From assembly GCA_038231275.1 (NCBI GenBank), contig JBBRLQ010000006.1, positions 224,001 through 288,000 of the forward strand: a stretch of DNA of 64,000 nt, given 5' to 3'. Made by a program: the position numbers and the translations under genes. Numbering within the stretch: position 1 is the stretch's first letter; each line of letters opens with the position of its first letter. This document shows, one piece after another, positions 9,795-20,220 of this stretch. The notes beneath the pieces are model-generated. The model searched no databases and was not told where the DNA came from. It saw only the letters and a program-made list of their open reading frames with translations. This stretch comes from Polyangiales bacterium (lineage in GTDB: Bacteria > Myxococcota_A > Polyangia > Polyangiales > Polyangiaceae).

Positions 9795-10577
9795 GTGCCG
9801 AGCCCGACGGTCATCGTGACCGGTGCCTCGAGCGGCATCGGCAGGAGCCTGGCGCTCGCGTGGGCGTCGCGCGGCGCGGCGGTCGTTCTGTCGGGTCGCA
9901 ACGAGGACGCGCTCGCGGAGGTGGGCCGCGAGGTCGAGGCGGCCGGCGGTCGCGCGATCACGGAGTCCGGCGACGTCACCGTCGAAGAGGATCGACAGCG
10001 TCTCGTCGATCGCGCGGTCAAGGACACCGGACGAATCGACGTGCTCGTGAACAACGCGGGGCGCGGGTATTACGCGGCGTTTCGCGATCTCGACATCGCC
10101 GAGATGGAGCGCCTCTTCCGCCTCAACGTGCTCGCGCCGGTGCGCCTCACGCAGCTCGCGCTCGAGCCGCTGATGCGCAGCCAAGGCGCGGTGGTCATGC
10201 TCTCGAGCGTCGCGGGAGTCGTGGCCGCGCCTCACCTCGGCGCGTACGCCGCGAGCAAATTCGCGCTCGAGGCACTCAGCATTTCGATGCGCGCGGAGCT
10301 GCGCGCGAGCGGCGTGCGCGTGGTCGTCGTGCGCCCGGGCCCGGTGGGTACGGCGTTCCGGAAGAACTCGGTCGCGGTGGGCGTGCCGGCGGGCGTGCGG
10401 CCGGCGGGGGCGACGGAGCAGACGCCGGACGAGGTCGCGCGCCTGACACTCCGCGCCGTGGAGCGGAGCCGCGCGGTGATCGACACGAGTAACTTCGTGC
10501 GCCTGGCGTCGTTCACGTCACGCGTGGTGCCGCCGATTTTCCGGATGGTGGCGGCGCGCATGGCGACGAAGCACTGA
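9795..10577 (+). CDS. Short-chain dehydrogenase/reductase
   Basis: TGASSGIG, NNAG, YAASK. Confidence 0.93.
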   Translation: MPSPTVIVTGASSGIGRSLALAWASRGAAVVLSGRNEDALAEVGREVEAAGGRAITESGDVTVEEDRQRLVDRAVKDTGRIDVLVNNAGRGYYAAFRDLDIAEMERLFRLNVLAPVRLTQLALEPLMRSQGAVVMLSSVAGVVAAPHLGAYAASKFALEALSISMRAELRASGVRVVVVRPGPVGTAFRKNSVAVGVPAGVRPAGATEQTPDEVARLTLRAVERSRAVIDTSNFVRLASFTSRVVPPIFRMVAARMATKH

Positions 10578-10607
10578 GGTGGTAGATCCCTCGCGCTGAG
10601 CCGAACC

Positions 10608-10982
10608 ATGACGCAGGCGTTTGAACAGAGGGGTGATCACGTAGAGCTCGTCGCAATCGAGGGCGAGCAGCTCAGCGCGGTCACCTTCGTACAGGACTAC
10701 GTTCAACTTCATTTCGACGGGCCGATGATCACGGCAAATACTCTGCCGGTCGTCGTGGTTGGCGATACGAGATTCGCGGCCGACGAGCCGGGCTACCGTG
10801 ACCAACTCTGCGGGCTGATCGCGAAGAACGTCGCCCGAGCGTACGTACTTCAAGGCGAACGTTTTCAGATCGATTTCGCGGATCACACGTCTCTCGTCGT
10901 GTCTCTGAAGCCCGAGGCGTATCGAACGGCAGAGGCGGTGATTTTCAGTGACGGAAAGACTGAGCAATTTGCCGTCTGGTGA
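10608..10982 (+). CDS. Hypothetical protein, lower GC than neighbours
   Basis: 124-aa ORF filling the intergenic gap with beta-strand-like sequence. Confidence 0.65.
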   Translation: MTQAFEQRGDHVELVAIEGEQLSAVTFVQDYVQLHFDGPMITANTLPVVVVGDTRFAADEPGYRDQLCGLIAKNVARAYVLQGERFQIDFADHTSLVVSLKPEAYRTAEAVIFSDGKTEQFAVW

Positions 10983-11032
10983 TTGTCCGCGCTCGCCAGG
11001 ACGGCGCGACGACGCGAAAGTCCGCGAACCGC

Positions 11033-12160
11033 TCAGCGCGGCAGGTTCGCGTGAAACGTCTTCAGGAAATCCCGCTCCGCGACGCGTAGCGCGAGCTGCA
11101 CGCCGCCGCGCTGAACCGCCGCGCGCTGCTCCGCGGGCAGGAGGCGCGCGAGCTTCGCGATGCCGCCGCCGTAGGCGCCGTGAATGCCGGCGATCGCGCG
11201 CAGGCAGCCGAGCTCGTCGGTCCGGCGCTCGTGCACGCCGAGGAGGGCGAGCAAGATCTCGGCGCGCTCGGCGTCGTCGAGGAGCGGCGTGCCGCCGATG
11301 AGCCGACCCCACTCGTAGAAGTACGGCCCGAACGGCAGCAAGAAGGCGCGCTCGCGACGAAGCGCCCTCGGCGCGCGGAGGGGAAGGAAGCGGTGGTTCT
11401 CCTTCGCCATGAGGAGCTTGTTGAGCTCGCCCGCGAACACGAAGGCGCCGTCGAACCGCGCGCCGTCCTCGTGGCCGAGACGCCGGTAGCGAAATCCCAG
11501 CTCCGACGCGGCGTGCTCGGGCGCCCATGTGTCGACGACGCGCGAGAGATCGCCCAGGTTGTGCGCCACCGTGGTCACCACCGAGAGGAGCTCCTGATCG
11601 CTTCCCTCTTTGCGCGCCAGCATCACGAGCCGCGCCTCGCGCGTGAGCTCCGCTTCGATCCACGAGGTGGCGCGGTCCGCTACCGCCGCGTCCGAGACGG
11701 TCAGCGCGCGGCCGAGTGCGCCGGCCATGACGCTGAACCACTCGCCTTGATGGCCGGCCAGCACCTCACCCCCGAGGACGACGTGACGGGCGGTGACCGG
11801 GCGCACGTCCCACCACGCCACCTCCTCGACGCGGCCCACCGCCGAGGCCAGCTTTTTTCCTTCGAGCTGGGACCACGCGTGCTGGCGAATGCGAACGTCC
11901 ACGTCGGTCGGGCAGAAGGTCGCCACGGTGGTGAAGTGCGCCGCAAGGAGCGACGCGAAGTAGTCCTCCGTCTCCGCGCCCGTTCGCCATTGCTCCTCGA
12001 TCGCCGGCGCGTTCCTCAGGATCGCGACGGCGGGCAGCGGTGGCTCGAGGGTGAGCGCCCACGGCGCGGTGCTCTTGACCTGGTCGAGGAGCAGCGTGGG
12101 CGCGATCCCCACCGGCTTTCTTCCGCCTCGTTTCGGCGATTTCGGAGGCATGCCGGCCAT
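11033..12160 (-). CDS. Hypothetical protein with His/Asp/Glu-rich motifs
   Basis: 375 aa, normal codon bias; HFTTVATFCPTDVD, GHQGEW, AHNLGD, ENHR. Confidence 0.75.
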   Translation of the reverse strand: MAGMPPKSPKRGGRKPVGIAPTLLLDQVKSTAPWALTLEPPLPAVAILRNAPAIEEQWRTGAETEDYFASLLAAHFTTVATFCPTDVDVRIRQHAWSQLEGKKLASAVGRVEEVAWWDVRPVTARHVVLGGEVLAGHQGEWFSVMAGALGRALTVSDAAVADRATSWIEAELTREARLVMLARKEGSDQELLSVVTTVAHNLGDLSRVVDTWAPEHAASELGFRYRRLGHEDGARFDGAFVFAGELNKLLMAKENHRFLPLRAPRALRRERAFLLPFGPYFYEWGRLIGGTPLLDDAERAEILLALLGVHERRTDELGCLRAIAGIHGAYGGGIAKLARLLPAEQRAAVQRGGVQLALRVAERDFLKTFHANLPR

Positions 12161-12184
12161 CCATACCGAATTCGCGTGACCGCG

Positions 12185-14539
12185 CTACGGCGAAACGACG
12201 ACGCTCTGGGTCAACGTCGCGCCGCCGCCGGTCACCGTGATGGTCGTCGTGCCGGCCGCGACCGGCGTAACGACGATCGCGGCCGACTGCGAAACCGTGG
12301 ACAGCGTCACCGACGCGGGCGTGACGGTGGCGATCGCAGGATTCGACGACGTCACCGTGAACACGACATCTGCGGGGAGCGCCGAGTCCGAAGTGACGTT
12401 GCCGAGGAGGTTCGTCCCAAGCGACACGGCGCCTCCCAGGCCCAAGCTGAACGTCGGCTTGGCGACGACGACGACCGACGTGGTCTTGGTGATCGAGCCG
12501 AGCGTCGCCGTGATCGTCGCCGTTCCTGCGCCGACGGCCAGCACGGGGAAGTACGCCTGGCTACCGCCCGCGATGACCACGGCCGTCGCTTGTGGGAGCG
12601 AGACGATGCCGGCCGGAGAGGCCGTGAGCGCGACCGGAACGGCGCTCTGCGCGGTGCCGCCGAGGTTGACGAAGCCGAACGCCGTCGCGCCCGCGGCGAG
12701 CAGTCCCGAGTTCATCGTCACCGACGACAGGTACACCGGCGGCGGCGGCATGGAGCCCACGAGCACTACCGTCGACGACGTGCTCGCGCCGAACGTGCCG
12801 GTGATGACCGTCGATCCCGCGGTGAGCCCGATGACGTTGAAGTATCCGTTCGTCGAGCCGTTGCTCAGCGAAAAAGGGGCGGGCGCGGCGGCGACGGCCG
12901 GGTTGCTCGACGTGAAGGTCACCACCGAGCCGGGGAGCGGAACGGCATCGACGCTGAAGCTCGTGCCCTGGGTTCCGCCCGGAGCGACGCGGACCTCGGG
13001 GTTCATCTGCAGCGAGGCCGCGGCGACGACCTGGACCGGGACGACGATCTTCGATCCCGGAATGCTCACGGTGATCGTGGTCGCCCCGACCTTTTGTGCG
13101 AGCACCGTGACGTTGCCGCCGTAGCTCGCGATGAAGAGCGAGTCGGGGACGGTCACGATCGACGGGTCGCCCGACACGAGGGACACCGTCTGCGAGCCGT
13201 ACGAACCGCCCTGCTCGTACACTTGCATGTTGGCGGCGACACCGACGACGAGGCGCGGAGCCTGCAAATTGGCCTGAATCGTCGTGGTGTCGGTGCCGAC
13301 GTGAACCGAGGCCTGCACCGAAGCCCCGCCGAACGTGGCGGTCACGATCGCGTCGCCGTCCTTGAGCCCGACGACGGGGAAGCTCGCGCTCGTACTCCCG
13401 CTGGGCACTGTGACGTGATCGGGCACCGTGACGATCGCCGGCGCGCTCGAGGTCAACGTGACGTCGTGGATGGCGCCGGTGTACACGTCGAACTGCACGT
13501 TGCCGAGCGTCTGTCCGCCTCCAGACGGGATGGTCGGAATGTTCATCTGCGCCAGATGCACCTTGGCGACGCCAGTGACTTGTGCGCTCGCGCTCGAGTC
13601 CGCGAGCGTGAACGAGAGCTTGGTCGGACCGGCCGCCGCGATCACCCCGCTGAACTGCGCGTTGGTCGTGCCGGCCGGGAGGATGAGCGACGCGGGAGGC
13701 GCGACCACCTTCGCGTCCGAGGACACCACGGCGACGGTCTTCGGCGCCGCGAGGATGGCGTCGACCGAGATGTACCCGCCCAGCGCCGCTCCCACCTCGG
13801 CGGTCTGCGGATACACGTTCGATGAGACGATCTTGGCGTGGTCGACGGTGGTGATGCTGCCTGTGGCGACGGTGGCGCCGAGCGTCGCGGTGTAGGCGGT
13901 CGAGCCGACCGCGAGGGCGCTGACGGTCGCGTTGCCGTAGCTCGAAAAGGGCGGGATCGTCACCTTCGCGTCGATTTTGGCGATGCTTCCGTCGGCGAGG
14001 ACGAGGGGGACGTCGATCGGCGACGGCGTGACGGCGTTGAGCGAGACGGAGATGGGCGACGTCGCGCCCTTTTCGAGCCGCACCTCGCCGAGCTGCAACG
14101 ACGACAGCTTGAACGCCTCGACGACTTGGGCGGACGCGCGCGCGATGGCGGTGCCGGCGATGGCGACGAGCTCTGCCGTCCCGATTTGACCCGCATCGTA
14201 GGTGACCTCGGCGGAGAGCGCGCCGCGAGGAATGCTGACGTGCGCCGGGAGCGTCACCACGGTCGGCGCGCTCGTCGCGAGCGTGACGTCGACGTCGCTC
14301 GACACCGGGTTGCTGAACGTGATGCGCACCTTGCCTTGCTTGCCCACTTCGGCGCCGGTCGCCTGGAGCTGGGTCAAGACCGTCGCGGCGTCGCTGAGCA
14401 CCACGCCCGCGTCGCCGGGCCCTCCGCCCGAGTCCGAGCTCGAGGATCCGCACCCCGCGATCGGGGTCGCGAATGTGGCGAGCACGAAGAGCGTAAGCGG
14501 CGCCACGGCGGCAACGAGTCCCGAGAATCTTGTGCGCAT
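12185..14539 (-). CDS. Surface lipoprotein with about 8 Ig-like repeats
   Basis: Lipobox IAGC; recurring ~90-aa units (SS[N/A/D]P.[IV]..P...G.[TA].IT) rich in Val/Thr/Ser/Ala. Confidence 0.85.
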   Translation of the reverse strand: MRTRFSGLVAAVAPLTLFVLATFATPIAGCGSSSSDSGGGPGDAGVVLSDAATVLTQLQATGAEVGKQGKVRITFSNPVSSDVDVTLATSAPTVVTLPAHVSIPRGALSAEVTYDAGQIGTAELVAIAGTAIARASAQVVEAFKLSSLQLGEVRLEKGATSPISVSLNAVTPSPIDVPLVLADGSIAKIDAKVTIPPFSSYGNATVSALAVGSTAYTATLGATVATGSITTVDHAKIVSSNVYPQTAEVGAALGGYISVDAILAAPKTVAVVSSDAKVVAPPASLILPAGTTNAQFSGVIAAAGPTKLSFTLADSSASAQVTGVAKVHLAQMNIPTIPSGGGQTLGNVQFDVYTGAIHDVTLTSSAPAIVTVPDHVTVPSGSTSASFPVVGLKDGDAIVTATFGGASVQASVHVGTDTTTIQANLQAPRLVVGVAANMQVYEQGGSYGSQTVSLVSGDPSIVTVPDSLFIASYGGNVTVLAQKVGATTITVSIPGSKIVVPVQVVAAASLQMNPEVRVAPGGTQGTSFSVDAVPLPGSVVTFTSSNPAVAAAPAPFSLSNGSTNGYFNVIGLTAGSTVITGTFGASTSSTVVLVGSMPPPPVYLSSVTMNSGLLAAGATAFGFVNLGGTAQSAVPVALTASPAGIVSLPQATAVVIAGGSQAYFPVLAVGAGTATITATLGSITKTTSVVVVAKPTFSLGLGGAVSLGTNLLGNVTSDSALPADVVFTVTSSNPAIATVTPASVTLSTVSQSAAIVVTPVAAGTTTITVTGGGATLTQSVVVSP

Positions 14540-14590
14540 GGTTGGCTCCAGAAAGGGTTACGACGCGAGAGGTCGCGACCTGACAGACTA

Positions 14591-14626
14591 GCGGACGGGC
14601 CCGTCGCCTGTCCGCCAACCTTTTTT
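14591..14626. terminator. Possible stem-loop between metalloprotease and Ig-repeat genes
   Basis: gcggacgggc/gcctgtccgc imperfect inverted repeat, with a T-run shortly downstream on the + strand. Confidence 0.35.
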
Positions 14627-14653
14627 GGAACCGCGGCCGTACGGCCGGCGCGA

Positions 14654-17600
14654 CTACTCGCCGTGGCCGAGGGGTCCGTAGCCGTACTTGCGCGTGAGCT
14701 GGCGGACCACGTCGAGGTTCGCGACGAATGACGTCAGCTTCTGCGCGGACGCCTGGCAGAGCAGCGGGTCGACGCAGATCGGCTGGCCGCTACCGTCCTT
14801 CTTGTACGTCGGCTCGCCCGTCACCGGGTCCACCGACTGAATGACGTACGCCGTCGCCGCGAGCTGGTTCGCGTACTCGAGCATGCGCGCGCCCATCGAG
14901 CGCTGGACCATGCCGACCTTCGCGTTGACCATCTCTTTTCCGTACGAGCGGGAGTAGTAGATGATCCCGGTCGCCGGATCCTTGAAGCGGAGCTGCTCGC
15001 TCGGATCGATGGTGACCGCGTCGGCGCCGCCCGGCGTGTAGATGCGCGCCTGATCGACCATGTCCATCGTGAGCGTGCTCGGGCCGAACCAGAACACGTT
15101 CATGAGCATCCGGTACTGCTGCTCCCACCCGACGAGCGGATCGAGCACGTACGCGTCGGCCGAGTAGTCGAGCACCTGCGTCGAGGGGTTCCGCGCGTCG
15201 TACGTCTCCCACGGCAGGTACCGCACGCGCGCGACCTTGTTCTTGTCGAGCCCGCCGGTGCCGGTCGTGACGACGTACGGACCGTACGTCATCGGATCGC
15301 CCTGGAGCACCTGCGAGAACAGACGCCGAACCTGGTTCGGGTAGATGCTCGCGTAGTTCAGGTTCTTGTAGCGACCGTCGATGTAGTCCTGCTTCGAGTT
15401 CGACAAGAAGTGGTTGTACGCCTCGGTCAAGAAGTGAACGGCGAGGTGCTTCTCGTAATAGCTGCCCGCCCACTTCTGGTACTCGGACCAGTAGTAACCC
15501 TTCGTGTAGTCGTATTCGTTGTGGAGGTAGCGCCCTTCACCGGAGCCCGCCGCGATGTTGAACGCCGCCGCCGGGAGCGTGATGAAGTTGTTGTTGAGCG
15601 CCTGCGCGAACGGGAGAGTCTTCGTCGGATCGTCGGGCAGGTTCACCGTGTACGGCCCCGGCTCGGGACGCGTCATGATGCGCGCGAACATCGCGAGCCC
15701 GTCCGACGCGCCGAGCGCGAGCGGCATCAGCTGACCCGGATCGTTCAGCGCCTGATCGACCTGCGACTGGAGCGCGATGAGGAGCGCGAGGCTCTTCGTC
15801 ATGCCCTGGATCTTCGAGAAATACCGGTCCTGCTGACGGCCGATGACGCCACGTGAGCTGAACGTCACGCGGTCTCGGCGGAAGTTGTCGAAGATGTACC
15901 GGTTCTCGTACGTCGTGATGAGAAACTGGAACTGCTCGTACGAGTCGCCGCCCGCGTCGAAGCGGAAGACGGGGACGTTGCCGGTGTCCGCGTACTCGTC
16001 GGAGCCGAACATGTACGGGTGACGGACGCGGAACTTCGGCGCGCCTGCGGCTTTCTCGGCGTCCGTGGGGACGTGCACCGAGAAGTTCGCCGCCGTCTCC
16101 GGCAGGTGATCGAGCGCGGCGTCGCCGTACTTGCCGGTCGACTTCATGTCGCGGACCGACGCGTAGTCCATGTCGAACGTGTCGCACTTCGCCGTCAGCA
16201 GATCGTTCGGATCGGTCGGCGCCGTGCAGTTCCGGAGGATCCCGTACTTGTCGTTGAACGTCGAGTAGTGGTTGCCGCCGATCGACTGCCCGACGATGCC
16301 GCCGAAGCCGTCGAGCGCGAAAAGGTACGCGCTCCCCTTCGTCGTCTGCGAGCCGTCGCCAACGCCGCCGGTGAGGATCGCGTCGTTGTCGAGATCGACG
16401 ACGTCCGCGTACCCGAAGCGCATCGCGGCCTTGTCGTACTGGCCGAGGTTGTTCATGTCCTGGGTCTGATCGCCCGGGTAATCCATGACCGTGGTGGAGC
16501 CCCACTTCCAGATGAGCCCGTTGGTCTCCGCGTCGGTGAGCGGATCGACCCAGCGCGGGCCGATGCACTCCTCACCTTTCGCGTGCGGAGTCGTCGCGTC
16601 GAGCTTGCTGTCCGGCGTGAAGTTCGCGTCCTGCGTGCAGAAGTGCTCCTTGCCGTTGCGCGTGCGGAGCTGCCAGTACTGCGGGTGGTAATTGAGCGCG
16701 TCGTACGAGCCGGTGAAGTTGTGGCGGAGGCCCACCGAGTGGCCCATCTCGTGCGCGATGACGGCGACGTGGAACTGCTCGCGGATCCACTGATGAAGCT
16801 TGGCATCCCGCGTTGCCTTGAGCGCCGGGTAGTCCGGATCGTTCTTGTCGGGCAGCGGGTAGAGACGCCCAGCCTGGCGCGCCATACCGACGAGCGCGTC
16901 GGGCTCCGGCTGCTCGACCATGCAGGTGCCGCGCGCGGCCATGCCGGTCTGGCGGAGGCGCGCGAGCTGCGCGTGCACCGTGGGGTTCATGCCGCGCATC
17001 GGCGACGCCACGGACAGCAGCGCGTCGTTGCCGGCGACCTTCGTGTCCTTGGGGTAGCCCGCGCCTTGGAGCCACTCGGGCGTGACCATGCGCGCTTCCC
17101 ACTCGGTGCCGATGACGCTCTGGCGGAACGCCTCGAACTTGGTGTCGAGCGACGGTCCGAGCGTCGACGCGAGCGCGGCCGCCGCCTTCTTGTACTGGAG
17201 CTCCTTCGGGAGCGCGGCGTCCTGCTTGGTGAGGCCGTTCGACTTGGACGCGCTCGTGTCCAGCGAGCGAAGGCGGCTCTGCAGGTCCTTCGTCTCGAGA
17301 ATTTGCGGTGCGAAGCTCTTTTTGCCGAGCGCGGTCGCGCCGATCCAGTCACGCAGGTACTGGCCGTTCATGATCTGCGCGTCGGAGATCTCGCCGTTGA
17401 TCCAGCGGAGCAAGTCTTCCGTGCCCTGCGACGCGATGTCGAGGACGTGGCCCCACTCGTTGACGCTCGTGACGACCTTCTCGCCGGTGAGCGGATCGTT
17501 CGCGTCGACCATGATGCCCCACGGGCTGGGCGTCTGCGGGGTCGGGATGATGTTGACGATGTTGTAACGAATGTCCCCGAGGCGCGCGAAGACCTGCGTG

Positions 17601-19309
17601 CGGATGCCGTGGTCGCCCTTGGGTCCGCCCCAGTTGCAGGCGTCGTTGCCCTTGTTCGCGTCGGTCTTGGCGATGCAGGTCGGCTGCGCGCTCATCGCGA
17701 CGCCGCGGCACGCCGGGTGATCGGTGTCGGTCGTCGGGTTGTGGCAGAGGACGAAGACGTGGGGGACCTTGGCGCCGGCGTCGGCGATGAGCCCGTCCTC
17801 GTCGGTGATCACGTTCGCGGGGATGTCGGCGCCGACGCGGCGCGCGGAGACCATCTTGCCGATCTCGGCGGCGCGCTTGATCGCGACGTTCCACTGATCG
17901 AGCGCGTTGTTGGTCGACGCGAACAGATCCGCCGCCGAATCCGGGCCGTAATACCAGGGGATCGTGCGCAGCTCGCGCATGTGGTGCGGCAGCGCGCACT
18001 TGTTCGCGAACTCGTCGCAGCGCGCGCCGGGGTAATAGAGATCACCGTTGGCGTTCGCGATCTCGCACTCGTCCTCGGTGCCGTTCTTGTTCTCGTCGCG
18101 GTGGACGTCTTTGCCGATCGGCGACTGCGGGTGCGGCAGCGCGAATTTCTCGTTCGCGCCGGCCGGGATCGGGAGGCCGGTGGCCGTGTCCTGGAGGAAG
18201 TTGCCGTCCTTGTCGACCTTGTACTTGGCGACGTTGCCGTCGGCGTCACGCCAGTAGTCCGTCGCGCACTGCGCGTATTGGCGCTTGCTCGGGTCCTCCG
18301 ACTTGGTCGACACGTGCGACTGCTGCCAGATGTTGTACTTGGCGGCGAAGCGGTGCCACTTCTCGTCGAGGACGCCGTAGTTGCGCTCGTAGCCGTAGCG
18401 ATCGACCGTGAACCAGCCGAACGCCTCCTGGCGTTGGCCGTTCCAGTCGACGGCCTCGTAGTCGTTGTCGACGACGCGCTTGAAGGAGAGGCGCAGCGTC
18501 ACTTCGGTCGGGTTGCAGTTGGCGATCGGCGCGCCGCCGCCGTACTCCGACGGGAAGAAGCAGAACGGGAATTTCTCGCCGGGCAGCTCGGGGATCTCGA
18601 CGACCTTGGGCGTCGCGAACGCCTTCGTCGTCACGTCGAAGTAGCCCTCGTTCTGCGAGAAAACAGGGTGATTCGGATCGTCGGGGTTGTCGACGGCGTA
18701 GGCCATCGGATCCCACTGGATGCCGCCGAAGACGCCCATCTGGCTGAGCGTGTCGACCTCGTAGCCGTCGGTGACCATGTTCTTCCCCCAGTCGACGCGG
18801 AAGAACTCGCGCTGGTACCAGGGGCGGTCGGTGGTGTTCTCTTCGATGACGTTGAGCTCTTCGCCGGTCGTCGTGTTGTAGGCGCGGCGGATGTCGAAGT
18901 GGCTGAGCACCTGGAACATCGCGACGACCTGGCCGTCGTTCGTGCGGCGCGAGCCTTTGAAGTCGCTGCTCTGGATGTGCTCGTACGTCTGGCGCGCGAC
19001 GAGGCGGGTGGCGTGCTCGTCGGAGCCGGTGATCTCCCACTTGATGCGGGAGAGCGGCTGCGCGTACGTTGCGGTGAAGATGCCGTCTTGCGCGGCGCCG
19101 TACGGGACGTCGACGACCGTGTTCCGCATGTAGAACTCGGGATCGTCCTTCGGGCTCGACAGATCGTCGCCGACGAAGAAGTGCTTGGAGAGCGCGCTCG
19201 ACTGAACGCGGTTGATCGGATCGCGCTCTTGCGCGCAGCCGATCGCGCCGTGCATGACGGCGCCCGCGATCGCAACCAAGCCCAGCCGCCGGATCCACTT
19301 CGAGCTCAT
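14654..19309 (-). CDS. Giant secreted zinc metalloprotease (metzincin) lipoprotein
   Basis: HEMGHSVGLRH zinc motif, Met-turn TTVMDY, lipobox AIGC, GGAGG before ATG 19309; about 1550 aa. Confidence 0.9.
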   Translation of the reverse strand: MSSKWIRRLGLVAIAGAVMHGAIGCAQERDPINRVQSSALSKHFFVGDDLSSPKDDPEFYMRNTVVDVPYGAAQDGIFTATYAQPLSRIKWEITGSDEHATRLVARQTYEHIQSSDFKGSRRTNDGQVVAMFQVLSHFDIRRAYNTTTGEELNVIEENTTDRPWYQREFFRVDWGKNMVTDGYEVDTLSQMGVFGGIQWDPMAYAVDNPDDPNHPVFSQNEGYFDVTTKAFATPKVVEIPELPGEKFPFCFFPSEYGGGAPIANCNPTEVTLRLSFKRVVDNDYEAVDWNGQRQEAFGWFTVDRYGYERNYGVLDEKWHRFAAKYNIWQQSHVSTKSEDPSKRQYAQCATDYWRDADGNVAKYKVDKDGNFLQDTATGLPIPAGANEKFALPHPQSPIGKDVHRDENKNGTEDECEIANANGDLYYPGARCDEFANKCALPHHMRELRTIPWYYGPDSAADLFASTNNALDQWNVAIKRAAEIGKMVSARRVGADIPANVITDEDGLIADAGAKVPHVFVLCHNPTTDTDHPACRGVAMSAQPTCIAKTDANKGNDACNWGGPKGDHGIRTQVFARLGDIRYNIVNIIPTPQTPSPWGIMVDANDPLTGEKVVTSVNEWGHVLDIASQGTEDLLRWINGEISDAQIMNGQYLRDWIGATALGKKSFAPQILETKDLQSRLRSLDTSASKSNGLTKQDAALPKELQYKKAAAALASTLGPSLDTKFEAFRQSVIGTEWEARMVTPEWLQGAGYPKDTKVAGNDALLSVASPMRGMNPTVHAQLARLRQTGMAARGTCMVEQPEPDALVGMARQAGRLYPLPDKNDPDYPALKATRDAKLHQWIREQFHVAVIAHEMGHSVGLRHNFTGSYDALNYHPQYWQLRTRNGKEHFCTQDANFTPDSKLDATTPHAKGEECIGPRWVDPLTDAETNGLIWKWGSTTVMDYPGDQTQDMNNLGQYDKAAMRFGYADVVDLDNDAILTGGVGDGSQTTKGSAYLFALDGFGGIVGQSIGGNHYSTFNDKYGILRNCTAPTDPNDLLTAKCDTFDMDYASVRDMKSTGKYGDAALDHLPETAANFSVHVPTDAEKAAGAPKFRVRHPYMFGSDEYADTGNVPVFRFDAGGDSYEQFQFLITTYENRYIFDNFRRDRVTFSSRGVIGRQQDRYFSKIQGMTKSLALLIALQSQVDQALNDPGQLMPLALGASDGLAMFARIMTRPEPGPYTVNLPDDPTKTLPFAQALNNNFITLPAAAFNIAAGSGEGRYLHNEYDYTKGYYWSEYQKWAGSYYEKHLAVHFLTEAYNHFLSNSKQDYIDGRYKNLNYASIYPNQVRRLFSQVLQGDPMTYGPYVVTTGTGGLDKNKVARVRYLPWETYDARNPSTQVLDYSADAYVLDPLVGWEQQYRMLMNVFWFGPSTLTMDMVDQARIYTPGGADAVTIDPSEQLRFKDPATGIIYYSRSYGKEMVNAKVGMVQRSMGARMLEYANQLAATAYVIQSVDPVTGEPTYKKDGSGQPICVDPLLCQASAQKLTSFVANLDVVRQLTRKYGYGPLGHGE

Positions 19310-19383
19310 CGTCGACCTCCTCAAAAGAAGACCTCGCCTGGTGGCGACATCTCACGCGCGCGAGCGAAAGCGTGAGGCTTCCT

Positions 19384-19398
19384 GCAAGCAACGCTCCG
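19384..19398 (-). promoter_or_regulatory. Candidate sigma54 -24/-12 promoter for the metalloprotease
   Basis: Minus strand CGGAGCGTTGCTTGC, GG-N10-GC spacing, about 75 nt upstream of start. Confidence 0.45.
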
Positions 19399-19557
19399 CG
19401 GACTAAAGCACGCGAATCCCGTGTTTTATAGTCTCAAAGGGGTTCTTCCGTTAGGAGCCTGACCGTCCGCAATGCGCACGGCGGAGATCTCCCCACCTCG
19501 ACGCTGGGTGTAGGTTTGCTTTGCGTCGGGCGGTAGAAATGGGATGGATCCGGACGC

Positions 19558-20208
19558 ATGCGAACCCAAGGGCGCGCCGTGGTGGCCATCGCATGCGGTG
19601 GGCTGTGGGCCCTCGCGGGGTGCAACGCGCTCTTGGGGCTCGACGCGCGGGACGGCGACGGAACCGACGGATCGGTGCCTTCCTCGTCCGAAGCGGGAGG
19701 CGAGGGCGGCGGCGGGGGTGGCGGCGGGGGCGGTGGCGAGGGCGGTGCAAGCGACGGCGGCGGCACCGGATCGGACGGCAGCAGCAGCATCGACTCCGGC
19801 AAGCGCGATGGGAGCACAGCCGACACCGGCAGCAGCGACACGGGGACCCCGGACTCGGGCGAGGACTCGGGGTGCTCGGCGCTCGGCGACGTCCCCGACG
19901 GCGCGCCGCGGACCTTCTACGGGAGCTGCGTCGTGAACGCGAGCATGTGCAACGCGTACGGGTACACGGGCGATCTCGGCGTGACGGCGCTGTCGATCCA
20001 GATCCAGAAGACTACGTGCGCGAACCTGAGCGGCACGTGGGCCGACGCCGGATGCAACCTCACGGGCGCCGTCTTCGGCTGCGAGCACGAGTCGAGCGGC
20101 GGGTACGTCTGCGCGACGCTCGCCATTTCTTGGTTCTATCCACCCCGCACCGTCGCCGACGAAGACGCCGCCTGCCCCGCTGGGACGGGCACCGTCGTCC
20201 TTCCGTGA
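19558..20208 (+). CDS. Lipoprotein with Gly/Asp linker and Cys-rich C-terminal domain
   Basis: Lipobox LAGC, GGGG/DSG low-complexity linker, 8 Cys in the C-terminal domain. Confidence 0.75.
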   Translation: MRTQGRAVVAIACGGLWALAGCNALLGLDARDGDGTDGSVPSSSEAGGEGGGGGGGGGGGEGGASDGGGTGSDGSSSIDSGKRDGSTADTGSSDTGTPDSGEDSGCSALGDVPDGAPRTFYGSCVVNASMCNAYGYTGDLGVTALSIQIQKTTCANLSGTWADAGCNLTGAVFGCEHESSGGYVCATLAISWFYPPRTVADEDAACPAGTGTVVLP

Positions 20209-20220
20209 TGGGCGCGAACG

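Noticed and set aside
11180-13825. 881-aa + strand ORF
   Set aside because: Antisense shadow of two minus-strand genes.
16019-19375. 1118-aa + strand ORF
   Set aside because: Antisense to the metalloprotease; no domain signatures.
19505-19519. GG-N10-GC element upstream of the 19558 lipoprotein
   Set aside because: Poor match at the -24 region; such spacing arises often by chance at this GC content.
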